Shown piece by piece: positions 14,397 to 23,701 of a stretch of DNA of 39,698 bases; position 1 is the first letter of the stretch; each line of letters starts with the position of its first letter. A model generated the notes under the pieces. The model made no database searches. It had not been told where the DNA came from and worked only from the letters and a program-made list of their open reading frames with translations. A program made the translations under genes and the position numbers. This DNA comes from a virus: the IMG/VR virus record IMGVR_UViG_3300021057_000023, positions 1 to 39,698 of that record; one strand, written 5' to 3'.

Positions 14397-14827
14397 ATGC
14401 TCAAGAAAGAAACAGCGAAGGTGCAGCGATCGCGAAGGGCAGGAAAACGGGCGGCAGGGACTTCGCCAAGGGCCAGTCGGGAAATCCGGCCGGCAGAGCG
14501 CCCATCCCGCCGGACCTGAAGGCGGTCAAGGCCCTCTCGGCCGACACCTTCAAGCGGCTCGCCACGGTCTACCTCGAGATGCCTTTCCCCGAGGTCGAGG
14601 CCACGGCCGAGGGCAACGGGCCGGCTCTGAACAAGCTGGTGGCGTCGATCATCGTCCAGGCCACCAAGTACGGGGACCACTCGCGGATGAACGCGCTCCT
14701 GGACCGGATCGTGGGCAAGGCGACGGACAAACTTGAGCTGACGCTGCCCGAGCCCTTCATCGTGCGGCGGCTGACGGGTGAGGAGGTCGTCATGGGAGCT
14801 AAGAAGCCCGACGAGGAGGCCTCGTGA
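14397..14827 (+). CDS. terS: Terminase small subunit-like protein (DUF5681-type GQSGNPxGR motif), apparently needing a -1 frame change
   Basis: FAKGQSGNPAGR is encoded at about 14462..14497 in the frame of ORF 14579..14827. That frame has no ATG, GTG or TTG upstream of 14579. ATG 14397 (MLKKETAKVQRSRRAGK) lies in the +1-offset frame. An ATG-only call would be 14579..14827. Confidence 0.55.
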
Positions 14828-15816
14828 CGCGGCTGTTCGAAGTCCGCCCCTACATCATCGCGGAAATCGGCTCCAACTGGCTCACCCTCTCCGACTGCCT
14901 CGAGTCGATCGCCAAGGCGAAGATGGTGGGCGCGGACGCGGTGAAGTTCCAGGCGTTCAGCCACGAGGCGCTGTACGGCTGGGACGACCGAAAGCTCGAC
15001 GCGCTCGGCTCGGTGGAAAGGCACCAGCTGCAGCTGACCTGGCTCCCGAAGCTCCGCGAGAAGGCCGACGCCTGCGGGATCGAGCTGGGCGTCACGGCGT
15101 TTAGCCCCGAGCTCGTGGCTGCGGTCGATCCCTACGTGGGGTGGCATAAGGTGGCGTCGAGCGACTGCGCGTGGCCGCAGCTGCTCGAGGCGGTGCGGCG
15201 GACCGGGAAGCCGGTCGTCATCAGCTTCGGGGCGCATGGGCGCGTGGACGTTGAGGAGGCCTTAAGGCGTCTCGAGGGCACGCCACGCGTGGCGATGTAC
15301 TGCGTCGCCGCCTACCCGGCCTACCACGTGGACCTCGCTGCCGGAGAGCTGTTCTACGAGATCCTTCCGCCCTACCGGCCCGACGAGCCCGTGGGCGTCG
15401 GCTTCTCCGACCACTCGCTCGGCACCGGGCTTGCGCTCGAGGCTGCGAGCCAGGGCTGCACCGTCATCGAAAAGCACGTCACCTTCATCGACGCCGACAC
15501 GCCCGACCGCCCGCACTCACTCGACGCCGACGGCTTCAAGCTGATGGTCGATACGATCCGGGGGAAGCGGGTGCCGACCTTGGGGCCGACGCCTGAGGAG
15601 AGGGCGATGGTGCTCCGTCATAACCGCAGGCTGATCGCCACCCGCGACGTCGCCCAGGGCGAGACGCTTCGCTACGGCGAGAACTTCGGCGCCTACCGCT
15701 CGCTCGAGGACGACTACCGCGGCCTCTCGCCATGGGCGTGGGAGCAGGTCGAGGGGAAGCGCGCCACCAAGGCGATCGCTAGGGGCAAGGGCGTGGGGCC
15801 GGGGGATTTTGAGTGA
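14824..15816 (+). CDS. neuB: NeuB-family nonulosonic acid synthase (sialic/pseudaminic/legionaminic acid synthase) with C-terminal SAF domain
   Basis: PYIIAEIGSNW, GADAVKFQ, WHKVASSD, GKPVVISFG, VGFSDHSLG and TVIEKHVTF follow the NeuB pattern. The C-terminal RRLIATRDVAQGETL...G is SAF-like. GTGA overlap with terS. Confidence 0.8.
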   Translation: MTRLFEVRPYIIAEIGSNWLTLSDCLESIAKAKMVGADAVKFQAFSHEALYGWDDRKLDALGSVERHQLQLTWLPKLREKADACGIELGVTAFSPELVAAVDPYVGWHKVASSDCAWPQLLEAVRRTGKPVVISFGAHGRVDVEEALRRLEGTPRVAMYCVAAYPAYHVDLAAGELFYEILPPYRPDEPVGVGFSDHSLGTGLALEAASQGCTVIEKHVTFIDADTPDRPHSLDADGFKLMVDTIRGKRVPTLGPTPEERAMVLRHNRRLIATRDVAQGETLRYGENFGAYRSLEDDYRGLSPWAWEQVEGKRATKAIARGKGVGPGDFE

Positions 15817-15911
15817 GTGAGCTCACGAAACAACAGATCCGTCTAACTGTCGTCTATCTGGCAGGCGCGCTCACCAGCCTATTCGTGCTGTGGGTCGCGG
15901 GCCGGCTCTGA
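15813..15911 (+). CDS. Possible small membrane peptide (32 aa)
   Basis: VSELTKQQIRLTVVYLAGALTSLFVLWVAGRL. GTGA overlap with neuB, and its stop abuts the terL ATG (TGAATG). Confidence 0.3.
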   Translation: MSELTKQQIRLTVVYLAGALTSLFVLWVAGRL

Positions 15912-17234
15912 ATGCCTGAATGGCGCCCCCACAGCCCAAAGCAGGAGCGCGCGGTCTTCACCGACCGGCGGATCACGCTGCTCGCCACCGGTATCCAGTT
16001 CGGGAAAACCGCTGCCGGCGCCGTGCGGATGAAGATGGCCCTCCATACGCACACCGACCCGTCGGACGCCTTTCTCATCGTGGCGCCGACCTACAAAGTG
16101 ATGCAGCAGTCCACGCTCCCGGCGTTCCTGAACGTCATGCGAGGCTATGGGGAGTACTCGAAGGCCGACGCGGTCTTTGAGACCTCGTGGGGCACCAAGG
16201 TCTACTGCCGCACGACCTCCGACCCGGACGCCATCGTTGGCATTACGAACATTCGCGCCGTCTGGGCCGACGAGGCCGGGCTCATGAGCTTGTATGCGTG
16301 GGAGAACCTTCAGGCCAGAGCCGCCTTCAAAGAGGCGCCCATCGTCCTCACGACGAGTCCGTACACGCTGAACTGGGTCTTCTCGGAGATCATCCGCCCC
16401 CGGCAGAAGGACCCCGCAGCGCGCCCCGACGTCGAGCTGGTGCAGGCCCGCTCGGACGAAAATCCGTACTTCCCCAAAGAGGAGTACGAGCGCCGCAAGG
16501 CAACCATGGACCCCCGGCGCTTCCGGATGGTCTTCGGCGGCCAGTGGGAGAAGATGGAAGGCCTCGTCTACGACTGCTTCGACGACGACGAGAACGTCGT
16601 GGACCCCTTCCCGCTGCCCGCCGGCACCCGCTTCTACGGCGGGATCGACTGGGGCTATAACCCGGACCCCTTCGTCCTCCTGATCCGGGCTGTGACGCCT
16701 GACGGCAAGCACTTCGAGGTCTCCGAGCACTATCAGACGGGGCTCACGCCCTCGCAGATGGTCTCGCTGGTGCAGCAAAAGCGCCAGGTCTGGGGCGTGA
16801 GGCAGTTCTTCTGCGACCCGAGCCAGCCAGGCCTCATCGCCGAGCTCAATCGCCACGGGTGCGTCGCCACCGGGGCCGACAACGACATCCTGGTGGGCAT
16901 CGGCCGGCACTATGAGCTCGTGAAGACCCGCCGCTACCGGGTCTTCAGAGGGGCGTGCCCGCACCTACTCGACGAGCTGTCGATGTATCATTACCCTGAG
17001 CCCCAAGATCTAAAGCCCGACCAGAATCCCAAAGAGCCAAAGCCCGTGGACCAGCACAATCACGCGGCCGACGCCATGCGCTACGTGACCATGGGGACCT
17101 GGAACCTAGCCGGCGAGCGGCGGCCCATCGTGCCGAGCGGCGAGGGCGGCCGGCCCAAGCCCGAAGAAGACCAGTTCAAGCGCATCGAGAGACTAAAGCG
17201 CCGCTCGGCTCGGGGCGGTTTGGAGGAGTGGTGA
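15912..17234 (+). CDS. terL: Terminase large subunit
   Basis: Walker A-like ATGIQFGKT, Walker B VWADEAG and nuclease-domain motifs GIDWGY and HAADAMRY. Confidence 0.9.
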   Translation: MPEWRPHSPKQERAVFTDRRITLLATGIQFGKTAAGAVRMKMALHTHTDPSDAFLIVAPTYKVMQQSTLPAFLNVMRGYGEYSKADAVFETSWGTKVYCRTTSDPDAIVGITNIRAVWADEAGLMSLYAWENLQARAAFKEAPIVLTTSPYTLNWVFSEIIRPRQKDPAARPDVELVQARSDENPYFPKEEYERRKATMDPRRFRMVFGGQWEKMEGLVYDCFDDDENVVDPFPLPAGTRFYGGIDWGYNPDPFVLLIRAVTPDGKHFEVSEHYQTGLTPSQMVSLVQQKRQVWGVRQFFCDPSQPGLIAELNRHGCVATGADNDILVGIGRHYELVKTRRYRVFRGACPHLLDELSMYHYPEPQDLKPDQNPKEPKPVDQHNHAADAMRYVTMGTWNLAGERRPIVPSGEGGRPKPEEDQFKRIERLKRRSARGGLEEW

Positions 17235-17524
17235 CGACCGAAGAGCGCGAGAAGCTCTGCGAGCCACAAGGCCTCGCCGAGGCCGCCGACCTAGTTGAGA
17301 GCGCCGCTCTCGTCGGGTGGGAGTTCGGCCTATCCTACAAAGACGGCGCTTGGGCGGCGCGCTTCAGTCGCGGCGAGGTCAGTGTGACTGAGTCCGCGCC
17401 GAGCCTCATTCGCGCCGTGGCGGAAGCAACCATCCGCGCGAATGGCTACGTGATCACCGAACAGGGTAAGGTCCGCGAGGGCTGGTATGAGTGCCACGTT
17501 GTCAAGCGGGAGAGCCTTAGCTGA
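17228..17524 (+). CDS. Hypothetical protein (98 aa)
   Basis: ORF coupled to the terL stop, with good third-position GC. Confidence 0.6.
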   Translation: MVTTEEREKLCEPQGLAEAADLVESAALVGWEFGLSYKDGAWAARFSRGEVSVTESAPSLIRAVAEATIRANGYVITEQGKVREGWYECHVVKRESLS

Positions 17525-17889
17525 TGCCGTCCTACCCATACTCCTGCGCCGTCTGCGTCGATTCGGCCTTCGAGGTCGTCCACCGGATCAGCGACTGGAA
17601 CGCCGCTGAAGTCTGCCGCCGGTGCGGCGGTCCGGCTCACCGCACCATCTGCGCCGTAAACTTCAACGGCGCCTCCGACTGGGGCAAGGTCGAGTTCAAC
17701 CACGGCTTGGGGCAGTGGACGACGGGCAAAAGGGACCGCGATGAGAAGGCCAAGCGCCAAGGGATGGTCGAGATCGGAAACGACTTCGGCTCGCCCGAAA
17801 AGCAGATCGCCCACGACGAGAAGCGCAGAGAGGAGCGGCGCCAGCAGCGCTGGGCCGACGCCCTCCGAGAAAAGGTCTACGAGGACTGA
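17524..17889 (+). CDS. FmdB-like zinc-ribbon protein (121 aa)
   Basis: YPYSCAVC...FEVVHRIS...CRRCGG matches the CxxC_CxxC putative regulatory zinc-ribbon pattern. Confidence 0.6.
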   Translation: MPSYPYSCAVCVDSAFEVVHRISDWNAAEVCRRCGGPAHRTICAVNFNGASDWGKVEFNHGLGQWTTGKRDRDEKAKRQGMVEIGNDFGSPEKQIAHDEKRREERRQQRWADALREKVYED

Positions 17890-17913
17890 CGCCGCGCCTG
17901 TGTACATGGATTT

Positions 17914-19839
17914 ATGGACATGGGGCCGCGTGGCCCTCGAGATGGAGCCCGCCAGATGCTAGACGAGCACGCCCCCAGGACCGGCCCCGAGGACGAGAAA
18001 AAGCCCGCCCAAGAGGCCTGGGAGGGGACGCCGGCCGAGCGAAAGCTGGTCAAGCGGCTCAAGAAGAAGTTCGAGGAGGCCAAGAAGCACAAGAGCCTCT
18101 TCGACGCCAATTGGCTCACCTACTACAAGATGTACCGCGGCCGGCAGTGGGAGACGATGCGCCCCTCCTACCGCCACGGCGAGGTCGTAAACTTCATCTT
18201 TCAGAACGCCCAGAGCATGGTGCCGATCATGCTCGACACGAGGCCCAAGTTCGAGTTCATGGCGACCGAGCCGACCGACCGCGAGTTTGCCGAGATCATG
18301 AACGACCTGGCGGCCTCGGACTGGGAGAAAAAGGGCTGGATGGGCGTTCTGACGGAAGTGGCGTTCGACGGCTGGCAGTACGGCTCTGGCCTCTCTCGCA
18401 TGAAGTACGACCCCGAGGCCGGCCAGGGCTTAGGCGAGATCGACTACCGCTCGGCCGACCCGTTCTACTGCTTTCCCGACCCGGATAGCTCCAAGGTGAA
18501 CGACGAGGACCCCTTCGTCGGCTCCGACTACTTCTGCTACGCGCAGCCGGTCTCCCTTCGGAAGCTGAAAAAGGCCTTCCCGAAGTACGCCAAGTACATG
18601 AAGGCCGACCTGGTCGATCTCACGAGCGACACCAAGCACGACGTGACGCCGCTTCGGATTCGCTCGCCGATCGACAACCGCTCGGTGGTCGAGACGACGG
18701 CCGAGACGGAGTTTCAGCTCCGCGACAAGGCGCTCATGATCGAGATGGTCTGGCGCTGCGACGAGATCGAAGAGATCGAGGTCCCAGGCGGTGTGGACGC
18801 CAACGGCGCGCCCGTGCCGCCGGTCTATGAGCAGCGGCTTAAGTACCCCAACGGCCGCTACACGGTGATCGTCAACGACATCCCCGTCTTTGACGGCCCA
18901 GCGCCCTTGGAGGACGGGACCTTCCCGTGGCAGAAGTTCGACAACTACGTGCTCCAGCGCGAATTCTGGGGCGTGTCGGAGGTCGAGAACCTCAAGAGCC
19001 CGCAGCAGGTCTTCAACAAGCTCGTCTCCTTCTCGCTCGACGTCCTGGCGCTGATGGGCAACCCCATTTGGCTGAACCCCTTTGACTCAGGCGTCGAGGA
19101 CGACCAGCTTGAGAACCGCACGGGCCTCGTCATCCCGCACAACCGCGAGGCGCCGCCGCAGCGGATCGAGGGGGTAAACCTCCAGCCGTGGGTGAGCCAG
19201 TTCATCGACAAGTTCGCCGACTGGTTCAACCAGGTGGGCGGCAGCCAGGACATCACGAGAGGCGTGAACCCCACGGGCGTCACCGCCGCGTCGGCCATCT
19301 CGAGCCTCCAGGACGCCGCGCAGACGAGAGTCCGCCAGAAGTCGCGGAATCTGGACCTCTACCTCCAGCAAGTCGGCCAGTGCTACGCCCAGCTCGTGAT
19401 GCAGCATTACTCGGCGCCCCGGGTTTTCCGGCTCACCGGCAAAGACGGCGCGCAGACCTACTTCAAAGCGCACATCTCCAAGGCCCAGGACGGGACGACC
19501 ATGCTCGTGAGAGAGACCTTCTCGCCCGAAGGCCTCTCGACCGGCATCCAGGAGTACGCGCTCAGAGGGAAGCTCGACGTTCGCGTCTCCACGGGCTCCT
19601 CGCTGCCGTTCAACAAGGCCGAAAAGCGCTCCCAGACGTTGGAGCTGTTCGACCGCGGCCTCATCGACCAGGAGGAGGCCTTGAAGCACGTCGACTGGCC
19701 GAATTACGAGGCCGTCCTGCAACGCATGCAGGCCGCCGCCGCTCAAGCCCAGGCCGCCGAGGCCGAAGCGGCGGCTATGAAAGCCGGCGGCAGCGGCGCA
19801 GCACCCGCTCCCTCAGCGCCGCCGCCACCGGCTGCCTAA
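17914..19839 (+). CDS. Portal protein
   Basis: 641 aa and just downstream of terL. N-terminal WLTYYKMYRGRQW motif, with an Ala-rich C-terminal tail. The start may instead be 17956. Confidence 0.75.
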   Translation: MDMGPRGPRDGARQMLDEHAPRTGPEDEKKPAQEAWEGTPAERKLVKRLKKKFEEAKKHKSLFDANWLTYYKMYRGRQWETMRPSYRHGEVVNFIFQNAQSMVPIMLDTRPKFEFMATEPTDREFAEIMNDLAASDWEKKGWMGVLTEVAFDGWQYGSGLSRMKYDPEAGQGLGEIDYRSADPFYCFPDPDSSKVNDEDPFVGSDYFCYAQPVSLRKLKKAFPKYAKYMKADLVDLTSDTKHDVTPLRIRSPIDNRSVVETTAETEFQLRDKALMIEMVWRCDEIEEIEVPGGVDANGAPVPPVYEQRLKYPNGRYTVIVNDIPVFDGPAPLEDGTFPWQKFDNYVLQREFWGVSEVENLKSPQQVFNKLVSFSLDVLALMGNPIWLNPFDSGVEDDQLENRTGLVIPHNREAPPQRIEGVNLQPWVSQFIDKFADWFNQVGGSQDITRGVNPTGVTAASAISSLQDAAQTRVRQKSRNLDLYLQQVGQCYAQLVMQHYSAPRVFRLTGKDGAQTYFKAHISKAQDGTTMLVRETFSPEGLSTGIQEYALRGKLDVRVSTGSSLPFNKAEKRSQTLELFDRGLIDQEEALKHVDWPNYEAVLQRMQAAAAQAQAAEAEAAAMKAGGSGAAPAPSAPPPPAA

Positions 19840-19901
19840 TGTTGCGGCAATTTCGCCGATAAGGCACATTGGATCTAGCCCAGCACTTTCCGTTTTCTCC
19901 C

Positions 19902-19927
19902 CGGCGACCTTAGGGTCGCCGCTATTT
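19902..19927 (+). terminator. Hairpin with short T tract after the portal gene
   Basis: CGGCGACC-ttag-GGTCGCCG followed by ctattta. Confidence 0.45.
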
Positions 19928-19974
19928 AGCGCCTAGATTTCCCCAAAAACTCGCAGCGAGAAGCGAGGCATTCC

Positions 19975-20244
19975 ATGGGTCCATCCATGGGGGGAAACGG
20001 CGCCGCGCCGTCGGCTCCGGCCGAAGCCCCCGACGAGCGCTCCCCCGAAGGTCTGGTCGATCAAGTCGGCTCGGGCCTCATGGCCTTGGCGCAAGGCGCG
20101 CCGCCGGCCATCGGCCGCAAGCTTGAGGCGCTCGCCCAGGCCTTTGCCGGCGTCGTCGACGAGCTGAAGTCCGGCCCGTCTAAAGCCTCGGGCGCCGCTC
20201 CGGTGGAAGCAGGCGCTAACGAGGACGTTCAACCCGCGTACTGA
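19975..20244 (+). CDS. Hypothetical Ala/Gly/Pro-rich protein (89 aa)
   Basis: ORF between the portal and scaffold genes, with GAGG 8 nt upstream. Confidence 0.55.
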   Translation: MGPSMGGNGAAPSAPAEAPDERSPEGLVDQVGSGLMALAQGAPPAIGRKLEALAQAFAGVVDELKSGPSKASGAAPVEAGANEDVQPAY

Positions 20245-20258
20245 CGGACGCCAGCCGC

Positions 20259-21221
20259 ATGCTCATGCCCGAATCCGGCCCCGAGGACAGCAGCTTCGAC
20301 GCCGACAGCTTTCTGTCGACGCTCTCCGGTCCGTCCTCCCACATTCAAGACGACGCGCCGCCCTCCGACGAGGAGCCCGGTGCTGATACCGCTCCTCCGC
20401 AAACGCCTGAGACGTCCGGCTCCCAGGCTCCGGCGACTTCCGCACCAAAGACGCCGGAGCCGTTTCAGGGGCTAGAGTTCGACGCCGCCGGCAAGCGCGT
20501 CCAAGTGCCATTTGCCGACCCGCGCGTCAAGCAGTGGGTCGCCCAGGGCTACGACTACGCCCAGCGCATGGCGGCCTTCAAGCAGGAGCAGCAGGCGTGG
20601 GAGGCCCAAAGGCAGGGCTACTCCAAGTACGCCGAGATCGACCAGTTCGTTAAGTCCGACCCCCGCGGCAAAGACTGGCTCGAGCACGTCAACCGCGCCT
20701 GGGAGCAGCGTGAGCAGCTCCTCGCCAATGGCCAGCTTGACCCAGTGAAGGCGACCGTGGAGCAGCTCGTTCAAGAGCGGCTGGCGCCCTTCCAAAAAGA
20801 CCTCGAGGCACGGCAGGCAGCCGAGCGCGAGGCGAAGATTCAGCACGAAAACGAGGCTCTCGACCAGGAGATCAAGTCCATCCGCGACCAGTTCGCGGAT
20901 CTAGACTGGGATGCTCCCGGCCAAGACGGTCTCTCGCTAGAGCTGCGCGTTCTGAAGCATGCCAACCAAAACGGCATCAACTCGTTTCGCGCCGCCTTCC
21001 GGGACCTGATGGCCGACGACTTGGTGAAGAGAGCCGAGGCCCGCGGCAAGGAGGCCGCGGCGAAAGAGATCCAGGCCACAAAGCGCCAGGGACTACTTGG
21101 GACTTCCCGAGCTCCCACCAAGGGCGAGCTTCAGACGGCCGCGGATCGCCGGGGAAAGAGCCTTCGGGACCTCACGCGTGAGGGCCTGGACGAGCTCGGC
21201 ATTCAAATCGACGGCCTATAA
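20259..21221 (+). CDS. Scaffolding protein (putative)
   Basis: Acidic, Q/E/A-rich helical protein immediately upstream of the capsid gene. Confidence 0.55.
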   Translation: MLMPESGPEDSSFDADSFLSTLSGPSSHIQDDAPPSDEEPGADTAPPQTPETSGSQAPATSAPKTPEPFQGLEFDAAGKRVQVPFADPRVKQWVAQGYDYAQRMAAFKQEQQAWEAQRQGYSKYAEIDQFVKSDPRGKDWLEHVNRAWEQREQLLANGQLDPVKATVEQLVQERLAPFQKDLEARQAAEREAKIQHENEALDQEIKSIRDQFADLDWDAPGQDGLSLELRVLKHANQNGINSFRAAFRDLMADDLVKRAEARGKEAAAKEIQATKRQGLLGTSRAPTKGELQTAADRRGKSLRDLTREGLDELGIQIDGL

Positions 21222-21227
21222 GGGGGG

Positions 21228-22160
21228 ATGGGCGCCATGGCGCTTACCTGGAACCAAGTCAATGCGCTGACCGAGAAGAAGTGGCTTCCGAAACTGGTCG
21301 ACAACATCTTCGACTCCGACCCGCTTCTGGCGCGCTCGAAGTCGGAGGGCTGGTACACGAAGGAGGACGGCGGCACCTCCATCATGCAGCCGCTCCTCTA
21401 CGCCTCGCTCACCGCCGCCGGCTGGTATCAGGGGGCCGACACCCTGTCCACCGCCGACAATGAGACCTTCACGGCGGCCGAGTTCGCCTGGAAGCAGCTC
21501 TACGTCAACGTCACGATCTCGCGCCGTGACGAGCTGATCAACTCGGGCGACGCCGCCAAGATCAAGCTGGTGGAGAGCAAGCTTCAGGTCGCCGAGAAGA
21601 CCATGAAGGACTACCTGGGCGACGGCCTCTACAACGCCGGCACCGACTCCAAGGCGATCGGCGGCCTGCGCCACATCGTCTCGACGTCGAACACGGTGGG
21701 CGGCATCGCCCAGGGGACCTATTCGTGGTGGCAGGCCGAGGTCGATTCGTCGACCACGACGCTCACCCTCTCGGCCCTTCAGACCATGGACTCCAACCTC
21801 ACCATCGACGGCGAGGGGCCGACGGTCTGGATCGCGACCCGGGCCAACTACAACCGGCTCTACGCGCTCCTGCAGCCGCAGCAGCGGTTCGTGGACCAGA
21901 AGACGGCCAAGGCCGGCTTCACGAGCCTGATGTTCAACGGCAAGCCGTACATCGTCGGCTCCAAGGTCCCGGCCAACTACATCTTCGCGCTCAACGAGAA
22001 GTACCTGAAGCTGGTCGCCCACAAAGACGAGGACATGCGTATGAGCAAGTTCCTCGACTTCACCAACCAGAACGCCCGGACGGCCAAGCTTTACTGGATG
22101 GGTAACCTCACCAGCTCCAACAACCGCATGCACGGCGTCTTCAGCGCCGTCGCCGCCTAA
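21228..22160 (+). CDS. Major capsid protein
   Basis: 310 aa, follows the scaffold gene and precedes the decoration gene. The sequence looks typical of HK97-fold capsid proteins (..FNGKPYIVGSKVPANYIFALNEKYLKL..). Confidence 0.75.
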   Translation: MGAMALTWNQVNALTEKKWLPKLVDNIFDSDPLLARSKSEGWYTKEDGGTSIMQPLLYASLTAAGWYQGADTLSTADNETFTAAEFAWKQLYVNVTISRRDELINSGDAAKIKLVESKLQVAEKTMKDYLGDGLYNAGTDSKAIGGLRHIVSTSNTVGGIAQGTYSWWQAEVDSSTTTLTLSALQTMDSNLTIDGEGPTVWIATRANYNRLYALLQPQQRFVDQKTAKAGFTSLMFNGKPYIVGSKVPANYIFALNEKYLKLVAHKDEDMRMSKFLDFTNQNARTAKLYWMGNLTSSNNRMHGVFSAVAA

Positions 22161-22172
22161 GGAGGTACCCCC

Positions 22173-22655
22173 ATGACCGTCTACGCGCAAAACGCGGGCG
22201 CTTGGTTCGACTCGGTCTCGATGGTGACGGCGACGCTGGGCACCAATGACCCGGAAGTTGGCACGGTGCGCCGCGAAGGGGACGAGGAGTACCTCTTCGT
22301 CTACAACACCGGCTCCAACGCCCAGATCAGCCCCGGCTACGTGGCCACGGTCTCGGCCGTCACCGGTTACTCGGTCACCGTCTCGACGACGACGATGATC
22401 GACCACCCGGTGGGCGTCTGTAAGCACGCCACGATCACGACGGGCGCCTACGGCTGGCTCCTCCGCTACGGCTTCGGCACGGCGAAGATGCCCGCCAACT
22501 CCGGCTGTGCGGCGGGTCAACTGCTCACGGTGGGCGCCGACGGCGTCTCGGCCGTGAAGTCGATCTCCACCGACGCGCCGGGGATCGTCTACGGCAAGGT
22601 TATGGAAGCGACCGGCTCGGCCGGCGTCGCCACGGCCTTCTTCAAGTTCTTCTGA
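22173..22655 (+). CDS. Head decoration protein (DUF2190-like, putative)
   Basis: It follows the capsid gene. PVGVCKHATITTGAYGWLLRYG....AAGQLLTVGADG fits the decoration/cement protein pattern. Confidence 0.45.
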   Translation: MTVYAQNAGAWFDSVSMVTATLGTNDPEVGTVRREGDEEYLFVYNTGSNAQISPGYVATVSAVTGYSVTVSTTTMIDHPVGVCKHATITTGAYGWLLRYGFGTAKMPANSGCAAGQLLTVGADGVSAVKSISTDAPGIVYGKVMEATGSAGVATAFFKFF

Positions 22656-22672
22656 CGGAACGAGGCTAGCGA

Positions 22673-23689
22673 GTGGTCAAAAAGGCCGAGGTCTACCTTA
22701 GCTACCAGGGGCTCATCTCAGAGCCCCCGGTGGCCCGCAGCGCCCTCTACAGCCAGGCGTGCTCCAACGACGGCGTCACGATCTCCTCGTGGCGGCCGAC
22801 TTGGATCAAGCACGCCAAGGCCAACAAGAAGCGTTTCGGGTCGTTTAAGGACCACTCGCTAGGCCAGCTTTGGGGGAAGGGACTTTACCGCCCGGCGATC
22901 ATCGCCGGCGCGGGACCTTCCCTCAAAGGCAACGCGCATCTGCTGAAAGACCGAGGCGAGGGCATCCCGCTCGTCTCGTGTCTGCACAACTTCCACTACC
23001 TCGAGGACTTGGGCTGCCCGGCGGACTACTACGTCTCGCTGGACGCCGGCGAGGTCGTGGTCGAGGAGGTTTCCGAAGGCGGGCAGCGCTCGGCCGACGA
23101 GTATTGGGCGCTGACGAAGGATCGGACGCTGATCTGCTACATCGGGACTCACCCCGAGCTCCTCGAGAAGTGGCAGGGCCGGATCCTGTTCTTCAACTGC
23201 CCCGTGCCGGACGACGAGCTGAAGAAGGCCCTCTCGGAGATCGAGACCTTCGGCTGCCACGTCTCCAACGGCGGCAACGTGCTCGGGGCCTGCCTCTACA
23301 TCGCCAAGGGGTATCTCGGGGCCTCTGACATCGTCTTCGTGGGGGCGGACTTCTGCTTCTCCTACGATCACAAGTTCCACGCCTGGGACTCCAAGTACGA
23401 CAAGCACCTTGGCCACTGCGTGAGCCTCACCGACGTCTACGGCGTGCGGCGGCTCACCTGGCAGTCCTATGCCAACTTCAAGGCGTGGTTCGACCACATC
23501 GCTTTGACGGTCCCCGGGACCTGGGTGAACGCCACCGAGGGCGGCTGCCTTGGGTCCTACCCGACCGGGAACCTTGCGGCCTTCAAGTACATGGACCTAG
23601 CCGACGTCTTCAAGACCTGGCGCATGCTGGAACATACGCGCAAGCAGGCCTTCGAGCCCGAGGCCGACGACAAAACCATCCTCTTCTAA
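22673..23689 (+). CDS. maf: Maf-like DUF115 (MAF_flag10) protein: putative nonulosonic-acid glycosyltransferase
   Basis: PAIIAGAGPSLKGNAHLLKD...PLVSC...GCPADYYVSLD and GGNVLGACLYIAKGYLGASDIVFVGADFCFS match the two conserved DUF115 blocks of motility-accessory-factor proteins. Confidence 0.65.
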   Translation: MVKKAEVYLSYQGLISEPPVARSALYSQACSNDGVTISSWRPTWIKHAKANKKRFGSFKDHSLGQLWGKGLYRPAIIAGAGPSLKGNAHLLKDRGEGIPLVSCLHNFHYLEDLGCPADYYVSLDAGEVVVEEVSEGGQRSADEYWALTKDRTLICYIGTHPELLEKWQGRILFFNCPVPDDELKKALSEIETFGCHVSNGGNVLGACLYIAKGYLGASDIVFVGADFCFSYDHKFHAWDSKYDKHLGHCVSLTDVYGVRRLTWQSYANFKAWFDHIALTVPGTWVNATEGGCLGSYPTGNLAAFKYMDLADVFKTWRMLEHTRKQAFEPEADDKTILF

Positions 23690-23701
23690 GGGAGGCCTGC
23701 C

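Noticed and set aside
21216-22520. 434-aa minus-strand ORF antisense to the capsid and decoration genes. Similar long antisense ORFs occur at 26221..27987, 28125..29258, 15879..16964, 9687..10373, 29322..29933, 32732..33412, 36753..37424 and 19087..19746.
   Set aside because: These are shadow ORFs typical of high-GC DNA. Their translations are Arg/Gly/Asp/Val-rich with no motifs, they lack SD-coupled starts, and the opposite strand carries well-supported phage genes.
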